64,000 bases of DNA, taken from Candidatus Sulfopaludibacter sp. SbA3. GTDB taxonomy: Bacteria; Acidobacteriota; Vicinamibacteria; Vicinamibacterales; UBA2999. Positions 11,410 to 22,161 of this stretch are shown piece after piece. The stretch lies in the NCBI GenBank assembly GCA_945903265.1, contig CAMDNQ010000010.1:6372-70371 (forward strand), in the 5' to 3' direction. Numbering within the stretch: the first letter of the stretch is position 1; each line of letters begins with the position of its first letter. The notes under the pieces are model-generated. The model saw nothing but the letters and a program-made list of their open reading frames with translations. It was not told the origin of the DNA and did no database searches. A program made the position numbers and the translations under genes.

Positions 11410-13301
11410 GCGTACAGCAGCGTCGTTCCACAGCGACGACGACCGAGGCGGATCTCCAGGAAGGCCGCGGCGCCTCAGGCCCGCCGCGCGAGACACGGAG
11501 GGTCATTATCGAGCGCGTTCAGCCGCAGATTGACGGCGGACGCTTCCCCATCAAGCGGACGCCCGGCGAGTCCGTCTCGATCACGGCCGACATCTTCGCT
11601 GATGGCCACGACACACTGGCCGGCGTTCTGAAGTACCGGTTCGTTCCGTCAGGTCGGCCTCCGGCCGGACCCGCCCCACGTACGTGGCAGGAGATCGCGC
11701 TCACGCCGCTCGGCAACGACGCCTGGAGCGCGTCGTTTGTCGTGAGCGAGCTTGGCGAGTACGAGTACGTGCTCGAAGCCTGGGTTGAGGGGGAGAGCGC
11801 GGACCGGTCACACGCAACCGTCTCTGAGCCTGTACTTCGCGTCACGGTCGATCCGGAGCGCGCGCGATTCAGCGCGTGGTACGAGATGTTTCCGCGATCG
11901 TGCACGCCTGATCCGGCGCGCGGGGGCACGTTGCGCGACGCGGAGGCCAGACTGCCCGCGATTGCCGCGATGGGGTTCGACGTCCTCTATCTCCCGCCGG
12001 TCCATCCCATTGGGCGGACCCATCGCAAAGGACGCAACAACGCGCTCACGGCGGCGCCGGGCGATCCGGGAAGTCCATGGGCCATCGGCGCTCCGGAAGG
12101 CGGCCACACCGCCGTCGATCCCGGCCTGGGCACGCTCGACGACTTCAACCGGTTTGTCCAGGCGGCCGAGCGGCACGGCATGGTCGTCGCGCTCGACATC
12201 GCCCTCCAGGCGTCACCGGACCATCCATGGGTCAAGGAGCACCCCCACTGGTTCAGGCATCGTCCGGACGGCTCGATCCAGTGCGCGGAAAATCCGCCGA
12301 AAAAATATGAGGACATCTACCCGTTCGACTTCGAGAGCCGCGACTGGCCGGCGCTCTGGGACGCGCTGCGCGATGTCTTCCTGTTCTGGTTGTCCCACGG
12401 CGTCCGCATCTTCCGCGTCGACAATCCGCACACAAAGCCGTTCCGCTTCTGGGAATGGGTCATCGGCGACGTGCGCCGCAGGCATCCCGACGCCATCTTC
12501 CTGGCCGAGGCGTTCACGCGGCCGGCACCGATGCGGCACCTGGCGAAGGCCGGCTTCAATCAGTCGTACACCTATTTCACCTGGCGCAACAGCGGCGGCG
12601 AGCTGCGCGAGTACCTCACAGAGCTGACACGTACGGAGCTGCAGCAGTACATGCGGCCGAACTTCTTTGCGAACACGCCAGACATCCTGCACGAGTACCT
12701 GCAGACGGGCGGAAGGCCGGCGTTCGAGGTGCGGTTGATCCTGGCGGCCACGCTGTCGGCGACGTACGGGATCTACAGCGGGTTCGAGCTCTGCGAGAAC
12801 ACTCCTGTCCGGCATGGGTCAGAGGAGTACCTGCACTCGGAGAAATACGAGCTGCGTCCGCGCGACTGGCACCAGGCCGGCAACCTCAACGAGCTCATCG
12901 CGCGCGTCAACGCCATCCGCCGCGCGCATCCCGCGCTGCAGTTCAACGACTCGCTGCAGTTTCACGACACCGATAATCCGGCACTGCTCTTCTTCAGCAA
13001 ATCCGTTCCCTCGCACCTCCGCACTCCCGCACCCTCGCACCACAGCAACCGGATTTTCGTCGTCGCCAATACGGATCCACATTTCCTCCAACACGGACAC
13101 GTGCGGGTTCCGACCGGTGAGCTCGGCCTGGGCGCCGGCCAGTCCTATGTCGTCGAGGACCTCCTGGACGACGCCACGTATGTCTGGCGGGGCGACTGGA
13201 ATTACGTGCGGCTCGAGCCGTCCGAACGCATGGCGCACATCCTGGTGATCAGGGATCAGGGATCAGGGATCAGGGGTCAGGGATCAGGGGTCAGGGACTA
13301 G
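11406..13301 (+). CDS. glgE: alpha-1,4-glucan:maltose-1-phosphate maltosyltransferase GlgE
   Basis: ...[25 protein letters not shown]... is the characteristic GlgE N-terminus. GH13 motifs [10 protein letters not shown] and FLAEAFTRP are present. The first in-frame start after the glgX stop is the GTG at 11406, which overlaps that stop as GTGA. The track start at 11253 lies inside glgX. Confidence 0.85.
13008..13046. repeat. four tandem ~8-nt units (reverse complement GTGCGRRG) inside glgE
   Basis: The plus strand reads CCCTCGCACCTCCGCACTCCCGCACCCTCGCACCACAGC and is translated as [12 protein letters not shown]. Confidence 0.7.
13247..13295. repeat. seven tandem heptamers GATCAGG/GGTCAGG forming the last codons of glgE
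   Basis: I counted the units directly at 13247-53, 54-60, 61-67, 68-74, 75-81, 82-88 and 89-95. They are translated as [17 protein letters not shown] before the stop. Confidence 0.9.
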
Positions 13302-16300
13302 TGGCCGATCCGCTCTGGTACAAGGACGCCATCATCTACGAGGCGCACGTCCGCGCCTTTTGCGACAGCAATGCGGACGGCATCGGGGACTTTCCGGGAC
13401 TCACGCAGAAGCTCCCCTATCTCCACGACCTGGGCGTCACCTGCGTGTGGCTGCTGCCGTTCTATCCATCCCCGCTCCGCGATGACGGGTATGACATCGC
13501 CGACTACACCTCGATCAATCCGATCTACGGCACCCTCGACGACTTCCGCCGGTTCGTCGACGCCGCGCACGCGCTCGATATCCGCGTCCTGACCGAGCTC
13601 GTCGTCAACCACACCTCCGACCAGCATCCGTGGTTCCAGCACGCGCGTCACGCCCCAAAGGGATCCCCCGAGCGCGATTACTACGTGTGGAGTGACACCG
13701 ACACGGCATACGCCGGTACGCGGATCATCTTCACCGATACCGAAAAATCGAACTGGAGCTACGACGCGGTCGCCGGCCAGTACTACTGGCACCGGTTCTT
13801 CGCGCACCAGCCCGACCTGAACCTCGACAACCCGGCGGTCCGCGCCGCCATCGTCGAGGTCATGCGGTTCTGGCTGGACCTCGGCGTCGATGCGCTGCGC
13901 CTCGACGCCATCCCCTATCTCATCGAACGGGAAGGCACCATCAACGAAAACCTCCCAGAAACCCACGACGTGCTGAAGGAGATGCGGCGCGAGCTGGACA
14001 AGACATATACGGGGCGGGCGCTCCTGGCGGAGGCGAATCAGTGGCCGTCCGACGTTCAGGCGTATTTCGGCGACGGCGACGAATGTCACATGGCGTTCCA
14101 CTTCCCCCTGATGCCGCGCATGTTCATGGCGGTCCGCCAGGAAGACCGCCATCCGATCGTCGAAATCATCAATCAGACGCCAGAGATTCCCCCGGGCTGC
14201 CAGTGGGCGATCTTCCTCCGCAACCATGACGAGCTCACGCTCGAAATGGTGACCGACGAAGAGCGCGACTACATGTATGCGCAGTACGCGGCCGATCCGC
14301 AGATGCGCATCAACGTCGGCATCCGCCGCCGGCTGGCCCCCTTGATGGAAAACAGCCGGCCCCGCATCGAGCTCATGACCAGCCTGCTGCTCTCGATGCC
14401 GGGGACGCCCATCATCTACTACGGCGACGAGATCGGGATGGGCGACAACGTCTACCTCGGCGATCGCAACGGCGTCCGGACGCCGATGCAGTGGAGCGGC
14501 GATCGCAACGCCGGCTTCTCGCGCGCGGACCCGGCGCGCCTCTATGCCCCCGTCATCATGGATGCGGTCTACGGCTACGAATCGATCAACGTCGAGGCGC
14601 AGGAGCGATCGCCCTTCTCGCTGCTCCAGTGGACGAAACGATTGATCGCGCTCCGCCGGCAGCATCCGGTGTTCGGCCGGGGCTCGATCGAGTTCATCCC
14701 CACCACGAACCGCAAGGTGCTGGCGTACGTGCGCCGGCTCGAGGGGGATATCGTCCTGTGCGTGGCGAACCTGTCGAGGACCGTCCAGCCGGCCGAGGTC
14801 CCGCTGGAAGCGTTCGCGGGCCTGGCGCCGGTTGAAATGCTCGGCCAGACCGAGTTTCCGCGCCTGGGCGAGCACCCCTACTTCCTCACCGTCGCGCCGT
14901 ACGGCTTTCTCTGGTTCCAGCTCGAACGGGCCGTCAAGCCGCTCACCGCCCGGACAGCGCAGGCGGCGCCTGCACCCGCAGCTGTCCCAGTGCTGTTCTC
15001 GGGGCCGGTGTGGGACACGACACTCGACAGCTCGTTACGGACCATCATCGAACGTCAGGTCCTGCCCGAGTACCTGCCACGTCAGCGCTGGTTCGGCGGC
15101 AAAGCGCGCGAGATCGGCGCCACACGGTTCAGTGACTGGACCACCTTGCGGAGAGGGCTGCATCCGGCGTTCCTCGCGTTCGTGGATGTCGAGTATCGCG
15201 ACGGTGGCGTCGAGCAATACGTCCTTCCGCTGGCGATGGCTGGCGGCTCCGACACGCCGGCTCAGGACAAGCTGCCGCCGTCGGCCATCGTCGCCCTCAT
15301 CTCTGGCGCGCGGAAAGGCGTCCTCTACGATGGGCTGTTCGACGATGACGTCTGCGCGATGCTGCTGAACATGGTGCGGGAGGACGGCGAGCGGCCCCTG
15401 CGTGAGGGCCGCCTTGCAGGGTCGAACCGCCCCGCCTCGAAGCGGGCGGACGCACAGCCGGACCGTCCGATCGTGCGCACCGCGCCGGATCAGAGCAACA
15501 CGTCGGTGCTGTTCGGCACGCGCTTCATCATGAAGCTGTTCCGGCGGGTCGAAGGCGGACCCCATCCCGAAGTCGAAGTCGGGGACGCGCTCGCGGCGGG
15601 CGGCTTTACCCGTATGCCGAACCTGGCGGGCGTCCTCTCATACGTCGGCGCAGACGCCGTCAGTGCGGTCGCCGTGGTGCAGGAATACGTCTCGAACCAG
15701 GGTAACGGGTGGCAGGTCTCGATCGACGAGCTGGGCAGGTACTTCGAGCGGGTGCTTCCGCTCCCGTCGCGGCAGACCATCCGCGAACGCTCCTCGTCCG
15801 CGTCGCTGCTTGACGATCTCGGCGAACCCGAGTCCCGGGTTGCGGAGGCGGTCGGCCCGTACCTGACGCTGGCCGGGATCCTCGGCAAACGCACCGGCGA
15901 ACTCCATCTCCGGCTGGCCGCCGACTCGCAGAACCCGGCGTTTGCGCCGGAACCCTTTACGCGGCATGACGTGCGCATGACGGCCGCGGCAATGCGGCGC
16001 AATGCGGAGGAGCAGCTGTCGCTCGTGGAGCGCCGCCTCGATGGCCTGGACGACCGGCGCCGCGGTCTCACCCTTCAGGTGCTCGCGCACCGCGATGACA
16101 CGTTGCGCCTGTTCGACCAGATCGACGGTATCGAAGGCAGCGGTCAGCGCATTCGATGCCACGGGGACTATCACCTCGGTCAGGTCCTCGTCACCGAAGG
16201 CGACGTCATCATTTTCGACTTCGAGGGAGAACCCGCGAGGCCGCTGGACGAGCGGCGCCAGAAGTGCTCGCCGCTGCGGGACGTGGCGGGCATGCTGCGG

Positions 16301-16630
16301 TCGTTCAGCTATGCCGCCCTGACCGGACTGACCGCCGCCACCGCCACCCGTCCCGAAGATCTGGAGCGGCTCGCGCCGTGGGCGGAGCTCTGGGAGCGCT
16401 GGGTCGGCGGCACATTCCTGCGCGCGTACCTCGACACCACCAGGACCTCGTCCCTCCTGCCCGTGCGTCCCGAGGATCTCGAGGCGCTGCTTCATCTGTT
16501 CCTGATGGACAAAGCGGCGCATGAGGTCAACTACGAATTGAACAACCGTCCCGACTGGGTGCACATTCCGCTGGCCGGCATGCTGCGCCTGCGCGCACCA
16601 GCGGGACACACCGTCCCACAGACCCGATAA
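13301..16630 (+). CDS. treS: fused trehalose synthase / maltokinase (TreS-Pep2/Mak)
   Basis: 1109 aa. The N-terminal half is GH13 TreS-like ([41 protein letters not shown]). The C-terminal ~450 aa are kinase-like ([12 protein letters not shown]). The GTG start shares one nucleotide with the glgE TAG stop. Confidence 0.9.
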   Translation: MADPLWYKDAIIYEAHVRAFCDSNADGIGDFPGLTQKLPYLHDLGVTCVWLLPFYPSPLRDDGYDIADYTSINPIYGTLDDFRRFVDAAHALDIRVLTELVVNHTSDQHPWFQHARHAPKGSPERDYYVWSDTDTAYAGTRIIFTDTEKSNWSYDAVAGQYYWHRFFAHQPDLNLDNPAVRAAIVEVMRFWLDLGVDALRLDAIPYLIEREGTINENLPETHDVLKEMRRELDKTYTGRALLAEANQWPSDVQAYFGDGDECHMAFHFPLMPRMFMAVRQEDRHPIVEIINQTPEIPPGCQWAIFLRNHDELTLEMVTDEERDYMYAQYAADPQMRINVGIRRRLAPLMENSRPRIELMTSLLLSMPGTPIIYYGDEIGMGDNVYLGDRNGVRTPMQWSGDRNAGFSRADPARLYAPVIMDAVYGYESINVEAQERSPFSLLQWTKRLIALRRQHPVFGRGSIEFIPTTNRKVLAYVRRLEGDIVLCVANLSRTVQPAEVPLEAFAGLAPVEMLGQTEFPRLGEHPYFLTVAPYGFLWFQLERAVKPLTARTAQAAPAPAAVPVLFSGPVWDTTLDSSLRTIIERQVLPEYLPRQRWFGGKAREIGATRFSDWTTLRRGLHPAFLAFVDVEYRDGGVEQYVLPLAMAGGSDTPAQDKLPPSAIVALISGARKGVLYDGLFDDDVCAMLLNMVREDGERPLREGRLAGSNRPASKRADAQPDRPIVRTAPDQSNTSVLFGTRFIMKLFRRVEGGPHPEVEVGDALAAGGFTRMPNLAGVLSYVGADAVSAVAVVQEYVSNQGNGWQVSIDELGRYFERVLPLPSRQTIRERSSSASLLDDLGEPESRVAEAVGPYLTLAGILGKRTGELHLRLAADSQNPAFAPEPFTRHDVRMTAAAMRRNAEEQLSLVERRLDGLDDRRRGLTLQVLAHRDDTLRLFDQIDGIEGSGQRIRCHGDYHLGQVLVTEGDVIIFDFEGEPARPLDERRQKCSPLRDVAGMLRSFSYAALTGLTAATATRPEDLERLAPWAELWERWVGGTFLRAYLDTTRTSSLLPVRPEDLEALLHLFLMDKAAHEVNYELNNRPDWVHIPLAGMLRLRAPAGHTVPQTR

Positions 16631-16721
16631 CAGGAGGGCTGCCAGTGGCCATGCACAGCATCCAGGAACTCTTCGAGCACGTGGCCGAAGAAGTACAATC
16701 CGCCTGAAAGAGTGATTCGCC

Positions 16722-16958
16722 ATGGCGAAGAAAACTGCTGATGCGCTGTCAGTCCCCCGCCGCCGCACGACAGGAACACGCCGTGCGCCCGCTGCCGCCA
16801 AAGCGGCGCCAGGGTCCGTGAAAGAACCGACGTTCGAGGAAATCGCTGAGGCGGCGTACCACCGCTACCTCAAGCGCGGAGGCGATCAGGGCAAGGACTT
16901 CGACGACTGGCTCGAAGCCGAACGCGACCTGCGGGAGCGTCGCAAAACTCCCAGATAG
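16722..16958 (+). CDS. DUF2934 family small protein
   Basis: 78 aa. EIAEAAYHRYLKRGGDQGKDFDDWLEAERDL matches the DUF2934 pattern as I remember it. Confidence 0.6.
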   Translation: MAKKTADALSVPRRRTTGTRRAPAAAKAAPGSVKEPTFEEIAEAAYHRYLKRGGDQGKDFDDWLEAERDLRERRKTPR

Positions 16959-17000
16959 GGATCTGGGATTTGCAGGACAAAGCCGCATAAGCTGCTGAAC

Positions 17001-19067
17001 ATGTGGCGTGACGACCCGGCCGCCGTACGCCCCATGCTGGCCACGACCGGTGCCGCGCCGCTCGACTCCGCCGAGCTCGCCTACGAACCAAAATACGACG
17101 GCATTCGAGCCCTCGCCTCGGTCATCCCGACCCGCCGGGGCGCCGATGTGGCGTTCTGGTCTCGTCTCGGCAACGACAAGACCGCGCAGTATCCCGATAT
17201 AGCCGACGCCCTGGAGCGATGGGGCCGGACGCTCGACCGCCCGGTACTCGTGGACGGAGAGCTCGTCGCCCTCGACGATCGCGGCACGCCGCTCGGTTTC
17301 CAGCACCTCCAGCGGCTGCACATGACGGCCTCCTCCACTTCGCCCGGACCGCGCGTGGCGTATTTCCTCTTCGACATCCTTCGTGACGGCAACGACGACC
17401 TCCGGCCCCTCCCGCTCACTGAGCGGCGCGCCCGTCTCGTGGCGCTGGTAAAAGGCGTCAAGGACCCGCGGCTGCACATCAGTGAGCAGGTCGTTGCCGA
17501 TGGCCGGGAGATGCACGCGCGCGCGCACGCCGGCGGCTGGGAGGGACTTATCGCCAAGCGGCTCGATGCGCCGTACACCTCGGGCAAACGCTCGCCGCAC
17601 TGGCGCAAGCTGAAGCTGGTGAGCCGGCAGGCGTGCGTGATCGGCGGCTGGACCGACCCGCGCGGATCCCGTCCGTTCTTTGGCGCACTGCTGCTCGGCA
17701 TTCACGACGACGCCGGCCGGCTGCAGTACATCGGACACACGGGCGCCGGGTTCACCGATGCCGAACTGGGGCGCCTGTGGCGCAAGCTGCGCGCGAACGC
17801 CGCGAAGCGCTCGCCGTTTGCGAAGACGCCGAAGACCAACGCGCCTCCGCACTGGGTCGAGCCGACGCTCGTCGCCGAAGTGAAGTTCACGGAATGGACC
17901 GCCGACGCGAAGCTGCGCCATCCGACGTACATCGGCCTTCGGGAGGACATCAAGCCGGAGTCGGTCCGCAAGGAACCCGACACCGTCGTCCGCCAGGCGA
18001 TCCGGTCGGATGGTCGGCCCTTACAACGGGCGGCGGCAGGGGCCGGTCTTCAGGCCGGCCCGCGGCGCGACCGCGCGGCCGAACGGGCGAAATCCGCGGC
18101 GCTGAGCAAAACCACCATCGCCAGGCTGCTCGATCAGATCGACGCCATCCAGGACGGCTCTGGCAGCGGTGTACTGGAATTACCGGCCGGGGAACGACTC
18201 GAGATCACGAACCTCCGAAAGGTGTTCTGGCCGAAGCTGAAACTCACGAAGGGGGATCTCTTCCGGCATTACGTGCGGGTGGCGCCCTACCTCCTTCCGG
18301 TGCTGGCCGACCGGCCGCTCGTGATGAAGCGCTATCCGAACGGCGTTGACGCCAAGCCGTTCTATCAGCACCGCGCGCCGGACAAGTTCCCGTCCGGTGT
18401 GCGCGTCGAACAGGCGACGACGGAGACTGAGACGCGCGCGCACATCGTGGGGGGATCGCTCGTCACGCTTCTGTACACGGCACAGCTCGCGTCCATTTCG
18501 CAGGATCCCTGGTTCTCGCGCGTCCAGTCCGAGGAGACCGTCGATCACGTCGCCATCGATCTCGACCCGCCGGATGGCCTGCCGTTTCCGCGCGTCCTGG
18601 ACGTGGCGCAATGGGTGCGCGACGAGCTCGATGCCCTCAAGGCGCCCTGCTATCCGAAGACATCAGGCGCCGGGGGGCTGCACATCTACGTGCCGATGCC
18701 GCCGGGGACGTCCTACCAGGCCGGCCTGCTCTTCTGCCAGATTGTCGCAACGGTCGTGTCGAGGAAACACCCGAAGGTGGCGACTGTCGAACGGTCGCTG
18801 AAAGCGCGGGGCCGCCGGGTGTATATCGACTACCTGCAGAACAGCCGCGGGAAGACGCTTGCGAGCGCTTACAGCGCGCGTGCGAGCGAATTTGCGGGCA
18901 TGTCGACGCCGCTGACGTGGGCAGAAGTTGAGGACGGCGTGTCGCCGCGTGATTTCACGATTCGCACGGCTGCCGAACGGTTGGCGGCGGTCGGAGATTT
19001 GTGGGCACCGCTGCGGAGGTCGAAAGGACCCGACCTCCGCGCGGTGATGAAGTATGCGGAGCCCTAG
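17001..19067 (+). CDS. ligD: ATP-dependent DNA ligase LigD (ligase + polymerase/primase domains)
   Basis: 688 aa. The adenylation motif EPKYDGIRA is near the N-terminus. The C-terminal ~290 aa resemble the LigD polymerase domain (KVFWP...KGDLFRHY...RPLVMKRYPNGV...VDYLQN-like YIDYLQNSRGKT). No phosphoesterase domain is evident. Confidence 0.85.
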   Translation: MWRDDPAAVRPMLATTGAAPLDSAELAYEPKYDGIRALASVIPTRRGADVAFWSRLGNDKTAQYPDIADALERWGRTLDRPVLVDGELVALDDRGTPLGFQHLQRLHMTASSTSPGPRVAYFLFDILRDGNDDLRPLPLTERRARLVALVKGVKDPRLHISEQVVADGREMHARAHAGGWEGLIAKRLDAPYTSGKRSPHWRKLKLVSRQACVIGGWTDPRGSRPFFGALLLGIHDDAGRLQYIGHTGAGFTDAELGRLWRKLRANAAKRSPFAKTPKTNAPPHWVEPTLVAEVKFTEWTADAKLRHPTYIGLREDIKPESVRKEPDTVVRQAIRSDGRPLQRAAAGAGLQAGPRRDRAAERAKSAALSKTTIARLLDQIDAIQDGSGSGVLELPAGERLEITNLRKVFWPKLKLTKGDLFRHYVRVAPYLLPVLADRPLVMKRYPNGVDAKPFYQHRAPDKFPSGVRVEQATTETETRAHIVGGSLVTLLYTAQLASISQDPWFSRVQSEETVDHVAIDLDPPDGLPFPRVLDVAQWVRDELDALKAPCYPKTSGAGGLHIYVPMPPGTSYQAGLLFCQIVATVVSRKHPKVATVERSLKARGRRVYIDYLQNSRGKTLASAYSARASEFAGMSTPLTWAEVEDGVSPRDFTIRTAAERLAAVGDLWAPLRRSKGPDLRAVMKYAEP

Positions 19068-21206
19068 CTAGAACGTGAACCGCACCTCGCCGACAACCTG
19101 GCGCTTCAGCACGTCGCCGAAGATGTGCTGCATCACTTCCTGATTCGCGAGGTTCGTCACCTTGAGGCTGGTGACGACGCGCTCCCCAGACCAGCGCACG
19201 CCAAAGCCTGCATTCACGAGCGTGTAGGCGTCTGTCGTGCCCGCGAAACGCGCGTCGAGCACGTCCTGCCAGTACGCCTCGTCCGTGTAGTTGACGGACA
19301 TGTTGCCGAGAAACCGGCTGTAGCTGAAGTCGAACCCTGCATTGACGCGATTCTTCGCCGGCCAGTTCACGTCGTTGATCGACGTGCCAGGCGGCAAATC
19401 CTCGGCGACCGGCATCGCCTGGAACGAATAGTTCGCGAACGCGTTCACGAGACGGTTGAGGCGCCCGTCCACGCCAAGCTCGAATCCCTTGTCCCTGATG
19501 GTGCCGAGGTTCAGGTACGTGAACCGTGACGGGAGCAGCACGGGCGGACTCAGCGACGCGAGGATGCCGACCACGACCGGCGGCAGACCCGGCGGCGGCG
19601 CCAGCGGCGTATACGCGGCGTTGGGCGTGAAGTAGATCCCATCCTTGGTCACGTTCCAGTAAACCGCCGCCGTCACGGTGGCGCGATTGGCGACGACCCC
19701 GGTGTACCCGATTTCGTAGGCCGTCATCGTTTCCTGCCTGAGGTCCGCGTTGCCGACTGCGCGAATCGGGAACACGAAACGCGCGAACGCCGGAGAAATG
19801 GCGCCGAGGTTGACCTCGCTCAGGATGGTCGTATCGACGTGGTTGTTGATGAACGACGGTGCGCGGAACGCGCGATTGAACGACACGCGGAACGTCTGCG
19901 CGGCGCCGGGCTTGATCATGAACGTCGTCCGCGGCGAGAACACGGGATCGTCGATCGACGAGAATTTGTCGACGCGGCCGCCGAGCACCCACCGGAAATG
20001 ATCGTTCAGAAAGATCTCATCCTGGACGAACCCGCCGCCTTCGCTGCGGTCGTCGCCGGCCGGCGCCAGTGAAATGTCGAAGCTGTTGCGGCGGAAATTA
20101 CCGCCGTAGGTGAGGACGTGGCGCGTGCCGGCCGCGCGCACGTCTGAGGCCTCGACGTCGAACGTCTTGGTGTCGAAGTCGAGCGGCAGCGGCTGTCCGT
20201 TGGTGCCGCGCGCCACCAGGTTAGCCGCGTCCCCCTGGAGCATATTGGTGAAAAAGGCGATCCGGCGGCCGGCGTTCTGGTACCGGGTCGAGAGGTACGT
20301 CATCCGCGTATCGCTGTCGATATCGAACGGGCCGAGGCCGCTGTGGATCAGACCTTCCGTACCTGCGACGCCTCCGCTGATCGTGACGATGCCACCCGAG
20401 GCCAGGTCGTAATCGACGCGCCCGTCGAACTTCGGCTGGGAAGTGCCGTTGTTCGCGAACGGCGGGTAGGGCGTCCGGAACGCGTTGGGGATCGTCCCGA
20501 CCGGCCGCGCCAGCGGGTCCTGCGTGAAGTAGCCCGCCGACAGCTTGAATGCCCAGCGATCGCTGACCGCCTCGGCGTGCGACCCGTTCACGTAGAACAG
20601 CGACCCGCTGTCGGCGCCGGAGTCGGCGACGCTGCGGTTGAACGCCCCGACGCCGATTGTGAGCGACGTGCCCCCCTGCGCGGCGAGCTCGCGCGGCGTC
20701 TTCGTGATCACGTTGACGACGCCGGACATGGCGTTGGCGCCCCAGACGGCCGACGCCGGGCCGCGAATGACCTCGATCTGCCTGATGTCGTTCGGGTTCG
20801 ACGGCACCAGGTCCCACATCACCATGCCGAAGAAGTCTATGTAGACGCTGCGCCCGTCGACGAGCGCGAGTTGCGACGTGGAGAGCGTCGACGTCGCGCC
20901 ACGGGTCGTGATGTTGATGTCGCGCGCGGACGCCTGCATCACGTTGATGCCGGGGACCGACCGCAGCAGGTCGCCGATGTTGGTCGCCGGCGAGTTCTGG
21001 ATCGTCTGGGCGGAGACAAGGGTCACGGCGGCCGGAGCGTTGACCAGCTGCTGCTCTGACCGCGACGCGGTCACGACGACCTGTTCCTCGTAGACGGGCT
21101 GTTCTTCTTCCTGCGGGTCGGGCTGGGCCGGGGCCTGCTGCTGCGCGTAAGCCGGCACGGTCACCGACAACGCGGCGGCAACCAGAAGTGCGCGAATACA
21201 CATCAC
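19068..21206 (-). CDS. TonB-dependent outer-membrane receptor
   Basis: 712 aa with a signal peptide. Plug-domain motifs are present (VVVTASRSEQ, NIGDLLRSVPGINV) and the beta-barrel ends ...VRFTF. Confidence 0.88.
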   Translation of the reverse strand: MMCIRALLVAAALSVTVPAYAQQQAPAQPDPQEEEQPVYEEQVVVTASRSEQQLVNAPAAVTLVSAQTIQNSPATNIGDLLRSVPGINVMQASARDINITTRGATSTLSTSQLALVDGRSVYIDFFGMVMWDLVPSNPNDIRQIEVIRGPASAVWGANAMSGVVNVITKTPRELAAQGGTSLTIGVGAFNRSVADSGADSGSLFYVNGSHAEAVSDRWAFKLSAGYFTQDPLARPVGTIPNAFRTPYPPFANNGTSQPKFDGRVDYDLASGGIVTISGGVAGTEGLIHSGLGPFDIDSDTRMTYLSTRYQNAGRRIAFFTNMLQGDAANLVARGTNGQPLPLDFDTKTFDVEASDVRAAGTRHVLTYGGNFRRNSFDISLAPAGDDRSEGGGFVQDEIFLNDHFRWVLGGRVDKFSSIDDPVFSPRTTFMIKPGAAQTFRVSFNRAFRAPSFINNHVDTTILSEVNLGAISPAFARFVFPIRAVGNADLRQETMTAYEIGYTGVVANRATVTAAVYWNVTKDGIYFTPNAAYTPLAPPPGLPPVVVGILASLSPPVLLPSRFTYLNLGTIRDKGFELGVDGRLNRLVNAFANYSFQAMPVAEDLPPGTSINDVNWPAKNRVNAGFDFSYSRFLGNMSVNYTDEAYWQDVLDARFAGTTDAYTLVNAGFGVRWSGERVVTSLKVTNLANQEVMQHIFGDVLKRQVVGEVRFTF

Positions 21207-21292
21207 GGAGTTCTCCTTGTCAACGGGACTGGGGGAAGAAGCGCGGACATTGTGATCTGAGCGCCCGTCAGGTGCAAGCGACGGGAGAAGAG

Positions 21293-21369
21293 TGGTGCGC
21301 CCGACAGGATTCGAACCTGTGGCCCTCAGCTCCGGAGGCTGATGCTCTATCCAGCTGAGCTACGGGCGC
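21293..21369 (-). tRNA. tRNA-Arg (anticodon CCG)
   Basis: The reverse complement is GCGCCCGTAGCTCAGCTGGATAGAGCATCAGCCTCCGGAGCTGAGGGCCACAGGTTCGAATCCTGTCGGGCGCACCA. The anticodon loop is CTCCGGA. Confidence 0.93.
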
Positions 21370-21420
21370 GTGAGAGGTGTTGGCCTGCCAGCCGAAGCGC
21401 GGGCTTGCCGGCGCGAAGGC

Positions 21421-21497
21421 TGGCGCGCCCGGCAGGACTCGAACCTGCGACCTACGGATTCGAAGTCCGACGCTCTATCCAACTGAGCTACGGGCGC
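21421..21497 (-). tRNA. tRNA-Arg (anticodon TCG)
   Basis: The reverse complement is GCGCCCGTAGCTCAGTTGGATAGAGCGTCGGACTTCGAATCCGTAGGTCGCAGGTTCGAGTCCTGCCGGGCGCGCCA. The anticodon loop is CTTCGAA. Confidence 0.9.
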
Positions 21498-21504
21498 AAC
21501 GTGC

Positions 21505-21906
21505 TCAGTCTACCGCACTCCAGTCCTGAATCTTCCACGTCCCTGTGCGGCGAACCAGTGAAAAGCGCCATTCGAGTTCGCCGGCGTCTGACGTGGTGAT
21601 CCGGGTCGACGCCGTCGCGGCGTCGCAACCGATCGAGCCTGCTTCCCCTTCGACCTGGCTCACCGCCCCCGCACGCTCGCGAAGGGATGTGCCCTCAGCG
21701 GTCAGCATCGCGTCCGCGCCGTCCGCATCGTCAAGGTGACGCGCGGCCCGGTCATACCGCCCCGTCGCCAGTGACCGTACGAACTCCTCGGCGACGACTT
21801 CTGGAGGCGATACGAAGGTCATCGTGTCGTGACCAGGGCCGACGGCAAGTCCGACCACACCGAGGGCCAGCCCCGTGACACCGGCGATCCAGACGATCTC
21901 TTTCAT
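21505..21906 (-). CDS. membrane-anchored hypothetical protein
   Basis: The internal ATG at 21906 gives [22 protein letters not shown]... (a TM anchor) and overlaps the upstream stop as ATGA. The longer track ORF would overlap the upstream gene. Confidence 0.5.
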   Translation of the reverse strand: MKEIVWIAGVTGLALGVVGLAVGPGHDTMTFVSPPEVVAEEFVRSLATGRYDRAARHLDDADGADAMLTAEGTSLRERAGAVSQVEGEAGSIGCDAATASTRITTSDAGELEWRFSLVRRTGTWKIQDWSAVD

Positions 21907-22160
21907 CGTGCGAGCCCGGCGCGGTATCGCACGTAGTCCACGGCGGCGTGCACCATGAATAACGATCCAGCCGCCACGACAAACACACTCGCATTGACTT
22001 CCGCCCACACGGCGTCGTCAACGAGGTCACCCGCGATCAGCGCCGTCACGAAGTCCAGGGGACTGGCGTGTTTGACGGTTGTCTTTCCTGCCAGACGGAC
22101 CAGGACCAGGAGCAGGACGTAGGCGCATGCGACCCGGACGACGATCCGCAGGGGATCCAT
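21903..22160 (-). CDS. short DUF421-N-terminal-like membrane protein (truncated paralog of the upstream gene)
   Basis: MDPLRIVVRVACAYVLLLVLVRLAGKTTVKHASPLDFVTALIAGDLVDD... parallels the N-terminus of the 22162..22803 product. The start is one nucleotide after that gene's stop. Confidence 0.5.
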   Translation of the reverse strand: MDPLRIVVRVACAYVLLLVLVRLAGKTTVKHASPLDFVTALIAGDLVDDAVWAEVNASVFVVAAGSLFMVHAAVDYVRYRAGLAR

Positions 22161-22161
22161 C

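Noticed and set aside
13247-13295. Could the heptamer arrays (also at 58212..58311) be a CRISPR array?
   Set aside because: The units are 7 nt with no spacers, or two inverted blocks around a single 44-nt spacer. They lie inside coding sequence, and no cas genes are present in the window.
16630-16721. Short spacer after treS-mak containing an 18-codon ATG ORF (MHSIQELFEHVAEEVQSA).
   Set aside because: It is too short and has no supporting signal.
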